Positions 20,750 through 31,585 of a stretch of 64,000 bases of DNA are shown piece after piece. The stretch comes from Candidatus Saccharimonadota bacterium. GTDB taxonomy: Bacteria > Patescibacteriota > Saccharimonadia > CAILAD01 > GCA-016700035. Where the stretch lies: positions 270,855 through 334,854 of the forward strand of contig JAXLZV010000001.1 of assembly GCA_046350755.1 (NCBI GenBank). Direction: 5' to 3'. The first letter of the stretch is position 1. Each line of letters starts with the position of its first letter. The notes beneath the pieces were generated by a model, which did no database searches, was not told the DNA's origin, and was given only the letters and a program-made list of their open reading frames with translations. Position numbers and translations under genes: made by a program.

Positions 20750-21457
20750 CTACCGCTTACGCGGCTTGTAGCTTTTGAGAGCTTCAGTCGCCGCCGCCTG
20801 CTGAGCGTTTTGTTTGGAGTTACCCTGACCTTTGCCACAGAGTTTGGTACCGATATACACACCGATCGTGAAAATTTTCTCGTGATCGGGGCCTTCTTCG
20901 CTCAAGAGCTCGTAGTGCGGGGTTACACCATCTTTCTCCTGCGCCAGTTCTTGGAAACGACTCTTGGCATCAATGTAGCTGCCATTTTCGAGAATTTGCT
21001 CAAGCTGAGAGATGATGTGCTTGGTAATAAACGCCGCCGCCGCATCGTAACCCTTATCCATATAGATCGCGCCGATAATCGCTTCAACCATGTTCGCCAG
21101 CAGCGCCATGCGGGTTCGACCACCGCTCTTGGCTTCACCGCGACTCATCAGCAGGTACTGACCAATATCAAGCCGTTCAGCCACATCCGCTAAACTCTCG
21201 GTTTTCACCAATGCGCTGCGCCAGGCCGTCATCTCCCCTTCGGGGTTATCAAAATTGCGGAACAAATAATCAGTCACGACGAGCTCAAGCACAGCATCAC
21301 CAAGAAATTCCAGACGCTCATTATGATTAATCTGGTGTTTCTTATGCTCGTTGATATAGCTGCGGTGAGTAAAGGCTTCACGATACAGCTCTTCGTTATC
21401 AAACTTAAGCTCAAGGATGGCTTCTATGGCCGCGCGGTCACGTAAAGTTATGGTCAT
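20750..21457 (-). CDS. rnc: Ribonuclease III
   Basis: NERLEFLGDAVL signature; dsRBD. Confidence 0.98.
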   Translation of the reverse strand: MTITLRDRAAIEAILELKFDNEELYREAFTHRSYINEHKKHQINHNERLEFLGDAVLELVVTDYLFRNFDNPEGEMTAWRSALVKTESLADVAERLDIGQYLLMSRGEAKSGGRTRMALLANMVEAIIGAIYMDKGYDAAAAFITKHIISQLEQILENGSYIDAKSRFQELAQEKDGVTPHYELLSEEGPDHEKIFTIGVYIGTKLCGKGQGNSKQNAQQAAATEALKSYKPRKR

Positions 21458-22140
21458 GCGAGTTGTCTCTGTTCGATTATAGCAAGCGAACGCTCCATCA
21501 GGTTCTTCAAATCCTTATATTCGAGCACTTGTTGGGCAGTTTTTGCCGGGAACCAGCGGGCGCCAACGATACCTTCACTTTCTTCGACGACGATTGGCTC
21601 TTCGGGGTCATTGGCTTCGATCAAAAATATATAGGTTGTCATAAAGATGAGCTTACCCTCAAAACGATAGAAAAAATGCACTTTATCAAGCTTTTCGTGA
21701 ATGCGCGTATTATGCAGACCAGTTTCTTCACCGATTTCGCGCAAGGCAGTTTGCTCCAATGTTTCGCCACTTTCGACGTGGCCTTTCGGAACACTCCAGC
21801 GCCCCTTGAGATCTTCGATTAAAAGAAACTCTACACCCTTATCGGTACTGCGAAAGACAACGCCACCGGCCGAGTATTCACGGACGGCTTTATTATTCTT
21901 TCGCCTGCCACCATCGCCGTTACGACCGCGCGTTTGTGAGCGCGGCTGCGTCTTTGGCGATTGAGCCTGATTAGTTGTCGGACGAGTGGCTGTCTGGGTC
22001 GGATTCGTGGTCGTCGACGCTATCGACTGAGTCGACTTGCGGCGGCGCGACCGGCGCCTTCCGTTGTGCAGGCGTTTTGGCTTTTTGGCCTGTGCTGGCT
22101 GACTGCTCTCGCTGGACTTTGTGGTCTTCGGTTGGGTCAT
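21454..22140 (-). CDS. NUDIX hydrolase
   Basis: Nudix box GHVESGETLEQTALREIGEETG; start uncertain because it overlaps nusB. Confidence 0.88.
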   Translation of the reverse strand: MTQPKTTKSSESSQPAQAKKPKRLHNGRRRSRRRKSTQSIASTTTNPTQTATRPTTNQAQSPKTQPRSQTRGRNGDGGRRKNNKAVREYSAGGVVFRSTDKGVEFLLIEDLKGRWSVPKGHVESGETLEQTALREIGEETGLHNTRIHEKLDKVHFFYRFEGKLIFMTTYIFLIEANDPEEPIVVEESEGIVGARWFPAKTAQQVLEYKDLKNLMERSLAIIEQRQLA

Positions 22141-22573
22141 AAAATTCGCTTTGTCGGTAAATGGTACCAAGCACACCGTTGATAAAACGGCTGGAGTTGT
22201 CACCACCGAAGCTCTTGGCGAGCTCGACGGCCTCATTGATCACTACCTTCGGTGGAACTTCACGCTTAATGTGAAGCTCGTAGATCGCCAGGCGCAAGAT
22301 CGCAAGATCCATCTTCGCAATTTGCTCGAGTGGCCACTCGGGCGCAGCTGGAGTAATCAGCGCGTCGGCCTCGGCCTGGTGCTTATGAGCGCCTTGCACG
22401 AGATCTCGTGTGAAGCTATCATCTTCCATCGTATCTTTATAGACTGCCAGATTGCGCTCGAGAATCTCGTCTAAATCTGCGGTCAAACCTTCAATACCCG
22501 AACGGGTACGAAACTCGTATTCGTAGAGCGTTTGCAGGGCAATGACGCGGGCTAGATGACGGTTGGAAGACAT
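21971..22573 (-). CDS. nusB: Transcription antitermination factor NusB
   Basis: RHLARVIALQTLY, DLAILRLA, VVINEAVELAK, FINGVLG. Confidence 0.96.
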   Translation of the reverse strand: MSSNRHLARVIALQTLYEYEFRTRSGIEGLTADLDEILERNLAVYKDTMEDDSFTRDLVQGAHKHQAEADALITPAAPEWPLEQIAKMDLAILRLAIYELHIKREVPPKVVINEAVELAKSFGGDNSSRFINGVLGTIYRQSEFYDPTEDHKVQREQSASTGQKAKTPAQRKAPVAPPQVDSVDSVDDHESDPDSHSSDN

Positions 22574-22616
22574 GGTGTGGTGCGAGTGGTGACCTTAAAT
22601 GTGCTTATGTAATAGT

Positions 22617-22787
22617 TTAGCGTGTTGAGCCGATTCGCGCGACCCCTTTTTGGGCGGCTTTGTAGAGCCGGCGCGGGATTGTCAGGCCACTTTCTGGCTC
22701 GGTGATGAGCTGGGTGCTTTTGAGGGCATCGTGACTGCGGCGCTGACCTTTCGTGGCCTTCGACGTACGCTTCTTGGGTACTGCCAT
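22617..22787 (-). CDS. rpmF: 50S ribosomal protein L32 (Cys-less form)
   Basis: MAVPKKRTSK...RRSHDAL; SD AAGGAG. Confidence 0.93.
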   Translation of the reverse strand: MAVPKKRTSKATKGQRRSHDALKSTQLITEPESGLTIPRRLYKAAQKGVARIGSTR

Positions 22788-23038
22788 ATTCCGATTCTCT
22801 CCTTGTGAAGTGAAATTAGTGGTATTCCACGCGTGCATGAAAACGTGCTGTTAGGTCGCAAAGTTAGGCCAGATAGCCTTCAAAACAAACTTTTTGTCCG
22901 TTAATGCATTCGCATGTTCCGGGTAATTGTAACAGATTAGAGGAGGATTGGCAAGGGTGATAATTGAAAAAAGAACGCCCGCGCTCTCTACCTCCGAAGA
23001 AGTAGAAATACGCGGACGTGAGCGGTCGACCAGCTAGG

Positions 23039-23608
23039 TCAGCCGCCAGCAGGGGGAGAATCCGACGCTTCGGCGTAGGCCTTGGTGAGACGCTGGATCT
23101 CCGACGAGGCCTTACTGACCTCGATGGCCCCGGGTTCCCCCGACTTGGCCGGCACGGCGAAGAACTCGCCAGGTGCCAACTGGGTGCCGGTGGTGGCGGT
23201 GAGGAGCCGTGAAAGTCGCAGCCACTCGGCCTGATAGCGCGCCAGCTCGAGAGCCTTGGCGTCATCGCTGAGCTTGTCCTCACGGATGCGAGTCTCGAGC
23301 AGCGTGTTCGGGAACACCGCGAGTGCGGCAGTCTCGAGCGTGTCGCCCTGGCGTGCCTGAAGGATGATCGTGTGGTCGTAGACCGCACTGATGTCCTCGG
23401 CATGCTTCACCTCGCTGGGACGTCCATCGATGAAGAAGATGAACATCACGGCCGTGAAGACGATGAGCGCGAGAACGATCAGCCCTCGCCACAGCTTGCC
23501 GGAACGAGGGGTGTCCTCAATCGGCTGCGCACGGCTCTTGAGCGGCGACTTGCCGGAAGTCGACCCACCCTTGCTGGGGGCGGGAGGATCTTGTGTGACG
23601 GACGACAT
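23039..23608 (-). CDS. GC-rich orphan membrane protein with LysM-like QGDTL segment (cassette gene)
   Basis: Single TM; promoter TTGATT(23678-83)-17-TATAAC(23655-60); GCACCT 23638-43 and GAACCT 23626-31; SD GAAAGGGG. Confidence 0.7.
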   Translation of the reverse strand: MSSVTQDPPAPSKGGSTSGKSPLKSRAQPIEDTPRSGKLWRGLIVLALIVFTAVMFIFFIDGRPSEVKHAEDISAVYDHTIILQARQGDTLETAALAVFPNTLLETRIREDKLSDDAKALELARYQAEWLRLSRLLTATTGTQLAPGEFFAVPAKSGEPGAIEVSKASSEIQRLTKAYAEASDSPPAGG

Positions 23609-23697
23609 GGCGTCCCCTTTCGTGCAGGTTCATGCGGAGGTGCAAGACCAAATTGTTATACCATAACACTGAAATAAAATCAATAGCTTCGCTGAAG

Positions 23698-26133
23698 CTA
23701 ATCAGTCACAACAAAATTTACCAATCGGTCAGGTACCGTGATGACCTTGATAATTCTCAGCCCCTGGGTCCAGCCGTGCTGATCATCCTGTCGCCGAGCC
23801 TCTTCTTCAAGGGCGCCTGGCAGTTTGCCGGCCTCGTAAACAAACTCACCGCGCAACTTACCATTCACCTGGACAGCAATAGTTACCACACTTTCAGCGG
23901 CCAATTTTTCTTGATAAGTAGGCCAGCGCTCTAGGTGCACGCTTTCGGTCTGCCCTAAAGCCTGCCATATTTCCTCAGCGGCGTGCGGCGCAAACGGCGC
24001 AAACACGCGTGCAAACGTCAGTGCTGCCGCTTGCCACTCATCAGGCTCAATCACACCCTCTCGACTATCTATGGCAGCTTGATTCACAAATTCCATCATC
24101 GCCGAAATCGCCGTATTAAACTTAGCCGCCGACAAATCATCACCGACTTTGCGCACCAAGCGATGTAGGCTGCCCGTCAAGGCCGCTCCCCGGGCCGCAT
24201 CAAGCTGAGCCGGCGTATACGGGCTCCCAAAAGTTGCAACGGCCTTCAGCATAAACCTATAGGTACCTTCAAAGCGGCGCGGATCCCATGGGCCACCGTC
24301 TTCCCAAGGCCCCATGAACATCAGGTACAACCGGACAGCATCAGCGCCATATTTCTCAACATACTGCTCCGGATTGACCACATTCCCTTTCGACTTACTC
24401 ATCTTATTGCCATCCGGCCCCAAAATCATGCCCTGATTGATGAGCTTCGTGAACGGCTCCTCGAACTGAATAAGCTTCTGATCATGCAAGAATTTCGTCA
24501 CAAAGCGGGCGTACAACAGGTGTAGAATCGCATGTTCAACACCCCCCATATAACGATCAACTGGCAACCATGTCTTCACCGCTTCGGGATCAAACGGCCC
24601 TTTATCATAGCTAGGGTTAGGATAGCGTAAGAAGTACCAGCTCGAATCAACAAATGTATCCATCGTATCGGTCTCACGGCGGGCTTTGGCAGAGCCACAT
24701 TGCGGGCAATCGACGCGCACGAAATCCGGATGCGTCAGCAGTGGCGACCGACCAGTTTTATCAAAGGCTTGACCAGTTGGCAGAATAACCGGCAGATCCG
24801 ATTCGGCTACCGGTACAACGCCACACTCTTCACAATAAATCATTGGGATCGGAGCCCCCCAATAACGTTGACGGGATATCAGCCAATCACGCAAACGATA
24901 ATTGATCGTCGCTTGGCCGAGTTTGGCTTGCTGTAACCAGGCAATAATATCTTGCTGAGCTTGTTTAACCGACAAGCTATCAAACTGTCCGGAATTCACC
25001 AGTCGACCGCCACCAACGTAGGCAGCTTCGTGTACGTCACCACCAGAAATCACTTCAACGATCGGTAAATCATACTTCTTGGCAAAGGCCCAATCTCGCT
25101 CATCATGCGCTGGTACCGCCATGATGGCCCCCGTACCATAACCCATCAGCACATAATCGGCGATCCAAACCGGCACCTTCTGCCCACTGGCTGGATTCAC
25201 CACATAACTACCGGTGAAAACGCCCGTCTTTTCTTTGGCTTCCATGCGCGCTACGTCAGTTCGGGTGCCAGCCCATTCGACATACTGTTCGACCGCCAGT
25301 TGCTGGTCTTGGGTAGTTAACTCAGCAACGAGCGGATGCTCTGGCGCAATTACCATGAAAGTTGCCCCAAATACCGTATCGGGACGAGTCGTAAAAACCT
25401 CAAGGGTATGTTTGGTCGCACCATACACCTTAAACATCAGCTTGGCACCCTCGCTGCGCCCTATCCAATTGCGCTGCTGTTGCTTGACGCGCTCAGGCCA
25501 ATCGAGCTGATCAAGATCATTCAAGAGCCGATCAGCGTAATCGGTAATCGTAAAATACCACTGCTTGAGCTTCTTGCGCTCGACAGTTGTTCCGCAGCGC
25601 TCACACTCACCATGTACGACCTGCTCGTTAGCGAGCACAGTTTGACAGCTTGGACACCAATTAACGAGGCCATCCCGATGCACCGCCTTGCCGGCCTTAT
25701 AGAGCTGCAAAAATAACCACTGCGTCCAGCGATAATACTCAGGACTCGAGGTATTAATCTCACGCTCTAGATCATACATACCGCCCATACGTACATACTC
25801 GTCATGAAAGTTGGCGACGTTCTTGGCGGTCCATTCATCGGCTGGGATACCATTCTTGATGGCGGCATTTTCCGCCGGCAGACCAAAAGCATCGTACCCA
25901 AGTGGCTGCAAGACATCCCGACCACGCATCCGGGCAAATCGGCCCAGGGTATCAGCCGGAGCAAAATTATACCAGTGACCAACATGCAAATTGCCCGATG
26001 GGTACGGGAACATCACGAGATTATAATAGGGATCTTTCGGCGCCGTCGGCGTCTTGTAAATTCCCGTCTTCGCCCAAACCGCCTGCCATTTTGGCTCGGC
26101 AATATTCGGGTCGTATTTCTGTCCATCACTCAT
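23698..26133 (-). CDS. leuS: Leucine--tRNA ligase
   Basis: MFPYPSGNLHVGH, DWLISRQRYWG, KMSKS. Confidence 0.98.
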   Translation of the reverse strand: MSDGQKYDPNIAEPKWQAVWAKTGIYKTPTAPKDPYYNLVMFPYPSGNLHVGHWYNFAPADTLGRFARMRGRDVLQPLGYDAFGLPAENAAIKNGIPADEWTAKNVANFHDEYVRMGGMYDLEREINTSSPEYYRWTQWLFLQLYKAGKAVHRDGLVNWCPSCQTVLANEQVVHGECERCGTTVERKKLKQWYFTITDYADRLLNDLDQLDWPERVKQQQRNWIGRSEGAKLMFKVYGATKHTLEVFTTRPDTVFGATFMVIAPEHPLVAELTTQDQQLAVEQYVEWAGTRTDVARMEAKEKTGVFTGSYVVNPASGQKVPVWIADYVLMGYGTGAIMAVPAHDERDWAFAKKYDLPIVEVISGGDVHEAAYVGGGRLVNSGQFDSLSVKQAQQDIIAWLQQAKLGQATINYRLRDWLISRQRYWGAPIPMIYCEECGVVPVAESDLPVILPTGQAFDKTGRSPLLTHPDFVRVDCPQCGSAKARRETDTMDTFVDSSWYFLRYPNPSYDKGPFDPEAVKTWLPVDRYMGGVEHAILHLLYARFVTKFLHDQKLIQFEEPFTKLINQGMILGPDGNKMSKSKGNVVNPEQYVEKYGADAVRLYLMFMGPWEDGGPWDPRRFEGTYRFMLKAVATFGSPYTPAQLDAARGAALTGSLHRLVRKVGDDLSAAKFNTAISAMMEFVNQAAIDSREGVIEPDEWQAAALTFARVFAPFAPHAAEEIWQALGQTESVHLERWPTYQEKLAAESVVTIAVQVNGKLRGEFVYEAGKLPGALEEEARRQDDQHGWTQGLRIIKVITVPDRLVNFVVTD

Positions 26134-26272
26134 GCGCGTATTATACCCGATTATCAGGAGTGAAGCGATCTGGGTGGGTCGTTATTGTACTGGCGCGCGA
26201 TACCAACCGGCTGCAAATAAGCTCGCAGATTACTGACTAGTCACGAAGTTGTCGAACGTAATTCTTTCCGGT

Positions 26273-27886
26273 TTACTTACACACACCATACCAAGTACAG
26301 GTGGTACTTATGGTGAGTTGGATAGCATCCCCAGCATTGCGCCCATCAGCAGTCAGTGGCTGAATGTAGATTTTCTGCTGACCCGTCGCGAGGTGCCAGA
26401 TAGTCGTGCTGGTAGTGGTGGTTGTACGATCAAAGCCGCTATTGACACGGACCCGGTATTTAACTGCCCCCTCAACTGGCTGCCAGCTTACCAGTGAGCG
26501 ATTAATAAAGAGAAATGAGCCTACTACCGAGCTACTAATTGCTGCCTTCTGGCTACCAGCAGTTCGACGCGATTTAAGATCAACACTATCGTTGAACGAA
26601 GGGGTAGCAGTCGGAGTGGCCGATGGCGATGCTTGAGCAGCCTCACCTGTCCTGCTCGAACCGCTCGTGCTAGGCTGAGCAGCCTTCGGATTGGTGGGTG
26701 TAACGGTGCGACTAGTTGGCGTACTATTGGCGGCCGCACTGGTGCCATTTGTGCCGGGTCCGGTGGGGGCGGGTGCAATTGGAACTGGTGCCACAGGCGG
26801 CACAGTTGATGCTGTATTGCCCCAACTGTAGGCTTTTGTGCCATCAGTATTCCATTGTGGCTGAATCATCTTAATTCGATCCCATGGTATATGCGTCATG
26901 CTCGAATAATCGCCAGCTGGTAATCCCGCCCGCGTATAAACATTGCGGCCAGTCCGGTCAAATTCCATGCCAAAGCCAAAGGTGAGCGAGGTGTCGTTGG
27001 CGTAAGCACCATATTTCTGCAGAGCTTTCGCCACCATCTTCTCAAAAGCCGTAATGCCTGGGAGTGCATCGACATTGACCGCAGGATCAAGCTGTATGCG
27101 CGAACCTATCGGCATGCAGGTCGATTGATTTGTAGTTACTCCATCACTATAAAGTGCCGGGTAGAAAGGAACTCCCTGGCAAGTGGTACCAGTGGCGAAG
27201 GTCAGCGCGTGATCAATCACGCCAGCTTCCACCTCATAGGTACGGATCATCCCTCCGGCTAGTCCAGCTACGTTTGTTCCGCCACCAACACCATTACCGT
27301 CCAAGCTCGCAATACCGGCTGATGCCGGGCAGTAATTCGCATTCACAAAATTCACAACCCACGAGCAATCCTTCCATATCCAATAATCATAAACTTTGCG
27401 GGTACTATGATCGATGATGGTGACATGACCATCACTCCCCTGTTGACCGTACACACCATAAGGGATCGGGACGAGTGTATTGGTGATCTCATCGCAGGTG
27501 TAGACATAGCAAAAGACCTTAACTTTCGGCGAGCTTCCATCCACATCAAATACTGGCACTGACCAAGTTAGTTGGGAAAGATTGGCGGGCGGACCTGCGG
27601 CCTGTATGCGAGTCTGTCCATCAGCGCGATATTGCACATCGGCAGGAATTGCCTGATTGAGTGGTGAATCTGCCGAAAACAACCGACCTGCTTGGGCGCC
27701 AGTTGCAGGATTCCACGTATAGGTTGCCGAACCGGCCCGGGAAGTAAGCACAAGTGAACCGACTAGCAATGCCAACACTATGCATATCAACGCCGTAAGT
27801 GCACGAAAGCGCGGAATTGGAATTTTTTTACGACTGGCTGGGACTGGCTGGGACTTTTTTGGTAAAGTTTGGCGACTTGCCCTCAT
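26273..27886 (-). CDS. Secreted/surface protein (DGH...IDHAL domain, Pro/Thr linker, Fn3-like C-terminus)
   Basis: N-terminal TM; GVIDHAL, GSRIQL, ALQKYGA blocks. Confidence 0.65.
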   Translation of the reverse strand: MRASRQTLPKKSQPVPASRKKIPIPRFRALTALICIVLALLVGSLVLTSRAGSATYTWNPATGAQAGRLFSADSPLNQAIPADVQYRADGQTRIQAAGPPANLSQLTWSVPVFDVDGSSPKVKVFCYVYTCDEITNTLVPIPYGVYGQQGSDGHVTIIDHSTRKVYDYWIWKDCSWVVNFVNANYCPASAGIASLDGNGVGGGTNVAGLAGGMIRTYEVEAGVIDHALTFATGTTCQGVPFYPALYSDGVTTNQSTCMPIGSRIQLDPAVNVDALPGITAFEKMVAKALQKYGAYANDTSLTFGFGMEFDRTGRNVYTRAGLPAGDYSSMTHIPWDRIKMIQPQWNTDGTKAYSWGNTASTVPPVAPVPIAPAPTGPGTNGTSAAANSTPTSRTVTPTNPKAAQPSTSGSSRTGEAAQASPSATPTATPSFNDSVDLKSRRTAGSQKAAISSSVVGSFLFINRSLVSWQPVEGAVKYRVRVNSGFDRTTTTTSTTIWHLATGQQKIYIQPLTADGRNAGDAIQLTISTTCTWYGVCK

Positions 27887-27923
27887 AGCCCTTATGCTAC
27901 CCGAAACAGATCACTTACGCCAG

Positions 27924-28547
27924 TTAATGATCGAGTCGCGTGAAGATCGCCCAATAATTGGCGTATTCTAATAATTTCGCCTCGTCGACGAGATCGGGGC
28001 CAGTGGTATGTACCGGATCATGAACTAAAAATTGCCGTGTTGCCGCTAACCAGCCAGCAATAACCACCTGGTGATTCTCGCTATTTTTCGAAAACCCACT
28101 GCGCACACTCAGCAGCACCGGCGATTGACCCTGTAAAGACGTGCGGAGGGCGAGAAGCAGCTTCTCAGAATTCTCGCGGATATTTTTTTCGGCATCAATC
28201 TGGCTACGTACTAAATGCATCTGCAAGTCACTATAGCCTTCATGTTCGGCAAAATACTGCGGGTCCTGAGAGGGCGCTGTCCAATTACGACGCCAGGCCA
28301 ACAAGCCATAACTCGTCAGCACCCGGACCTGTCCGGGGTGCCACCAATCATTGTGATCGTTGATCGCATGGTAGCTCTCAGCTCGCCGAAATATTTCTTC
28401 AGCCGGAATGCCGTGACTCAGAAAATATTCTAGAATCATCTCGAGACTAGCGAGACCGCAACGTTGCCGTGGCTCCATCAGGTGTACGCTTAAGAGTTCA
28501 GGATCTTCCTGCCAGGAGTGCTTGAGCTGTAAACGAATATCGCTCAT
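27924..28547 (-). CDS. C39-like cysteine peptidase domain protein
   Basis: CGLASLEMIL, HQVVI, VHDP; ATGA overlap with murF. Confidence 0.75.
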   Translation of the reverse strand: MSDIRLQLKHSWQEDPELLSVHLMEPRQRCGLASLEMILEYFLSHGIPAEEIFRRAESYHAINDHNDWWHPGQVRVLTSYGLLAWRRNWTAPSQDPQYFAEHEGYSDLQMHLVRSQIDAEKNIRENSEKLLLALRTSLQGQSPVLLSVRSGFSKNSENHQVVIAGWLAATRQFLVHDPVHTTGPDLVDEAKLLEYANYWAIFTRLDH

Positions 28548-29830
28548 ATACCAAATGATTTTTTCTTTTTGCGCTTCCAAGCCTTCGACTGACGAACCAG
28601 CTCTCGGCCCGGGTGGTGCCCAGGTGCCAGCAAGATTCGGCTTGTTTCCTCAGTAAAGACGCCATTTTGCGAGCCTTTGACGAGTATGTAGTCATTCGCC
28701 TGAACGTGCTTCTTGAGATAGTGTCCGGCCTCGTAAGGGGTGCGAAAAATCTTCACCTTGGGCTTGTCCATGCCAGCCTCGATCGCCGCTGGTGCCAAAT
28801 ACTGACCAGCTACCTTACCAACGGTCACTAACATGTCGAGCTGGCTCTTGGCTGCATATCTGCCAATCTCACGATGCAAATCGGCGCTAAAATCACCAAG
28901 CTCATTCATGCTTCCCAGCACCGCTACCCGACTACGTGCCGGCAACTGCTGCAGCGTGTCGAGCGCGGCTTTGACTGCGGCTGGACTTGAGTTATAGCTA
29001 TCGTCGAGTAGCACTGCGTCGTTGACAGCTGGCAGGCGGCGCATCCGACCGACCGGTGACTCAATCGCCTGCAACCCGCGCGTTATCACCTTGTCGGACA
29101 ATCCGAGCTCACGACCAACGGTAGCGGCAGCCAGGACCGCACTCAAACCATGCTGTGCTATCAGGCGTGTCTTAATCGGTAGTTTCTTCCGATCGAGCAC
29201 TAGGTCGAAGGTCAGGTAGCCGGCTGGCGTCCGCGTCACACGTTCGGCACGGACAAAACCATGCTGCAAACCAAAACCGTGTGTCTGCTTTTTGCGCTCC
29301 ATCACGCTCCGGACCAGCTCAAAATCGGCATTATACAGAACGGTGTCAGCCAACGATGCCAAAGCCACAGCATCATCGCGCAATTGCTCGACCGATGCAA
29401 AGCGCTCCATATGGGCTGGGCTGACACCAGTCAAAACGCACAGTGTCGGCTTGAGTAGCTCAACCCAAGGCGTCATCATCGCCCGTTCGTCTTCAGCTAT
29501 TTCGATCACTAAGACATCATACGGATAGTCAGCCAGACTGAGCTTAATATCGGCAAAGATCTTGCGCCACGCCGCTGGACTGGTGTTCCGATCTGGTGAC
29601 TTGAGACCGAATATCGCCAGCGGCACACCAGTCTCGGTGTTGTAACTATCCTCAGAATAGCCGACTTTCTTGCCGGCCGCTTCCAATAGTGTACCAATCG
29701 CCACCTTAGTACTGGTCTTTCCTACCGTGCCGGTCACCGTGATAATCATCAAATCACGCGATGCCAGTAACTGACGGACGTATTTCCTTAAGCGCGCCAC
29801 GACGACTCGGCTGGCGAGGCGCTTAATCAT
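28544..29830 (-). CDS. murF: UDP-MurNAc-tripeptide--D-Ala-D-Ala ligase
   Basis: VTGTVGKTSTK, DDSYNSSP, LGSMNELG, LVKGSQ. Confidence 0.93.
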   Translation of the reverse strand: MIKRLASRVVVARLRKYVRQLLASRDLMIITVTGTVGKTSTKVAIGTLLEAAGKKVGYSEDSYNTETGVPLAIFGLKSPDRNTSPAAWRKIFADIKLSLADYPYDVLVIEIAEDERAMMTPWVELLKPTLCVLTGVSPAHMERFASVEQLRDDAVALASLADTVLYNADFELVRSVMERKKQTHGFGLQHGFVRAERVTRTPAGYLTFDLVLDRKKLPIKTRLIAQHGLSAVLAAATVGRELGLSDKVITRGLQAIESPVGRMRRLPAVNDAVLLDDSYNSSPAAVKAALDTLQQLPARSRVAVLGSMNELGDFSADLHREIGRYAAKSQLDMLVTVGKVAGQYLAPAAIEAGMDKPKVKIFRTPYEAGHYLKKHVQANDYILVKGSQNGVFTEETSRILLAPGHHPGRELVRQSKAWKRKKKKSFGI

Positions 29831-30888
29831 TCGTAATGACCTGATTCATATGTATGTAATTCTACCACCTCGGGCCGTGAAAATGCGCGCTGCGCGAGGT
29901 GTTCGATCAATGCCGCATAGTCATAGCCGATGGCCGCTGCAGCTTGCGGCAAGAGACTGACGCCAGTTAAGCCAGGTAAAGTATTTGTCTCCAGTACCCA
30001 TAGCCGGTTTCGGCCCAGAATAAAATCAGTCCGGCTATAATCACGACAGCCAAGTGCCCGATGCGCGGCCAAAGCTGCTCGCTGCACCGCCGCGCTAACC
30101 GATTCACTCAACGGCGCGGGTGTTATCTCCTCAGTCGCATCCGGTGTGTATTTTGCTAAGTAATCAAAAAACTTTGCCTCACGCGGTCGAATCATCGTCG
30201 GCGGCAGAGCAAATGCTCCCTGTTCGTCCTCTAGCACACCGCAGGTCAACTCCACGCCTTGCACAAAACGCTGGACGATGAGCTGATCATACTCCACACT
30301 CGCGCTTTCCAGCGCTTCAGCTAGTTGCGCGGCTGAAAAACAGATTTTTACTCCGATCGAGCTGCCGGCGGCATTTGGCTTCACCACTACCGGAAAACCA
30401 TAGGCCGCTATGATTTGCCGAATGAGTCGGGCTCGGGCACTGACCCACTGGGCGCGATTCACAATCGTATAGTCAGGTACCGCCAGTCCGAGTCGTTTAA
30501 ATACCTGCATCGAGCGGTGCTTATCGAACGCCAAGCGACTGGCCCGCACGCCACTCCCCTGATAGGGTATCGTCGCCTGATCAAGAATGCGCTGCAACTG
30601 ACCGTCCTCGCCAAACTCACCATGCATCATGATCAGGGCTGCATCAATTAAATACGGTAATCGCCCAACTGCCTCCGCATGAGGGAATTCGATAGTTGGT
30701 CGGCCCGACTGATAGTCTTGTGTCGAACTGTGAAGTTGCCACATCGAATCAGCCGTAACGAGAATAGGCGTAATGGTGTATCGATTCGGATCGAGAACTG
30801 AGAGAGCATAATCAGCACTGGCCCGCGAGACATCATGCTCACGCGACGGACCACCGATCAATACCCCCAAACGTGGTTGCGCGCTCAT
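29827..30888 (-). CDS. ddl: D-alanine--D-alanine ligase
   Basis: GGPSREHDVS, HGEFGEDG, GSSIG, ETNTLPG. Confidence 0.96.
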   Translation of the reverse strand: MSAQPRLGVLIGGPSREHDVSRASADYALSVLDPNRYTITPILVTADSMWQLHSSTQDYQSGRPTIEFPHAEAVGRLPYLIDAALIMMHGEFGEDGQLQRILDQATIPYQGSGVRASRLAFDKHRSMQVFKRLGLAVPDYTIVNRAQWVSARARLIRQIIAAYGFPVVVKPNAAGSSIGVKICFSAAQLAEALESASVEYDQLIVQRFVQGVELTCGVLEDEQGAFALPPTMIRPREAKFFDYLAKYTPDATEEITPAPLSESVSAAVQRAALAAHRALGCRDYSRTDFILGRNRLWVLETNTLPGLTGVSLLPQAAAAIGYDYAALIEHLAQRAFSRPEVVELHTYESGHYE

Positions 30889-30908
30889 ATACTCAGATTA
30901 TAGCGGAA

Positions 30909-31289
30909 TCATCGCTGCGACGCGGACTTTTTCGGGCCTGGAGCTTTGGGTAAACACAGCGCCGCGATACCGAGTAGACTGCGCGGAGCGATAACGCTGA
31001 CAAGAATCGCTATCACCAGCCAGACCGCCAGCGGAATCCTCAGCATCGCTAACATCGCAATCATAACTATCCAAGCGATCACTATCGCACCCCAGACAGC
31101 CGAGCGGATATCACGAGCCTGACGACTATGTGGCTTCTGGAGCCTGTCGAGCTCAAAGAAGTTCAGATACGGTCTCGTCAGCGCCCGAAAGGCTCGCCGT
31201 TCGTAGCCGGACTTCTCTGCAAGCACACCAATCCCGGCCACAAATTGCGGCCCGAAGCATGATAGATAGTTTCTGAGGCGAATGTTCAT
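30909..31289 (-). CDS. Hypothetical membrane protein
   Basis: 126 aa with two C-terminal TM segments. Confidence 0.55.
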   Translation of the reverse strand: MNIRLRNYLSCFGPQFVAGIGVLAEKSGYERRAFRALTRPYLNFFELDRLQKPHSRQARDIRSAVWGAIVIAWIVMIAMLAMLRIPLAVWLVIAILVSVIAPRSLLGIAALCLPKAPGPKKSASQR

Positions 31290-31350
31290 AGTATTAGTAT
31301 ACTGTTTTCAAACTATTTTGGAGTCACCTTTCTACTGTTTGATAGTTCAT

Positions 31351-31548
31351 TCAACCATCGAGATGAGCTGGGCCTGCAAATTGGCCATTTCCCGATCCAC
31401 TGGCTCCCCACTGAAATCCGTAAGTAATGTCGCCTATCGCCGCCTATACCCTTATCGGAAATACTACGATAATTAACATAGCAATAGAATCAAACAGTAA
31501 TGATATTTTTCGGAGTTGAGTAAGAAAGTCAATGCGACTAGATAACAT
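31351..31548 (-). pseudogene. Remnant of a secreted NHL-repeat protein
   Basis: MLSSR...IIVVFPIRV*AAIGDITYGFQWGASGSGNGQFAGPAHLDG*; in-frame TAG at 31444-31446, then truncation. Confidence 0.65.
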
Positions 31549-31585
31549 AAGTGAATTGTCTCATATCAATTATCTTAGGTTAAAC

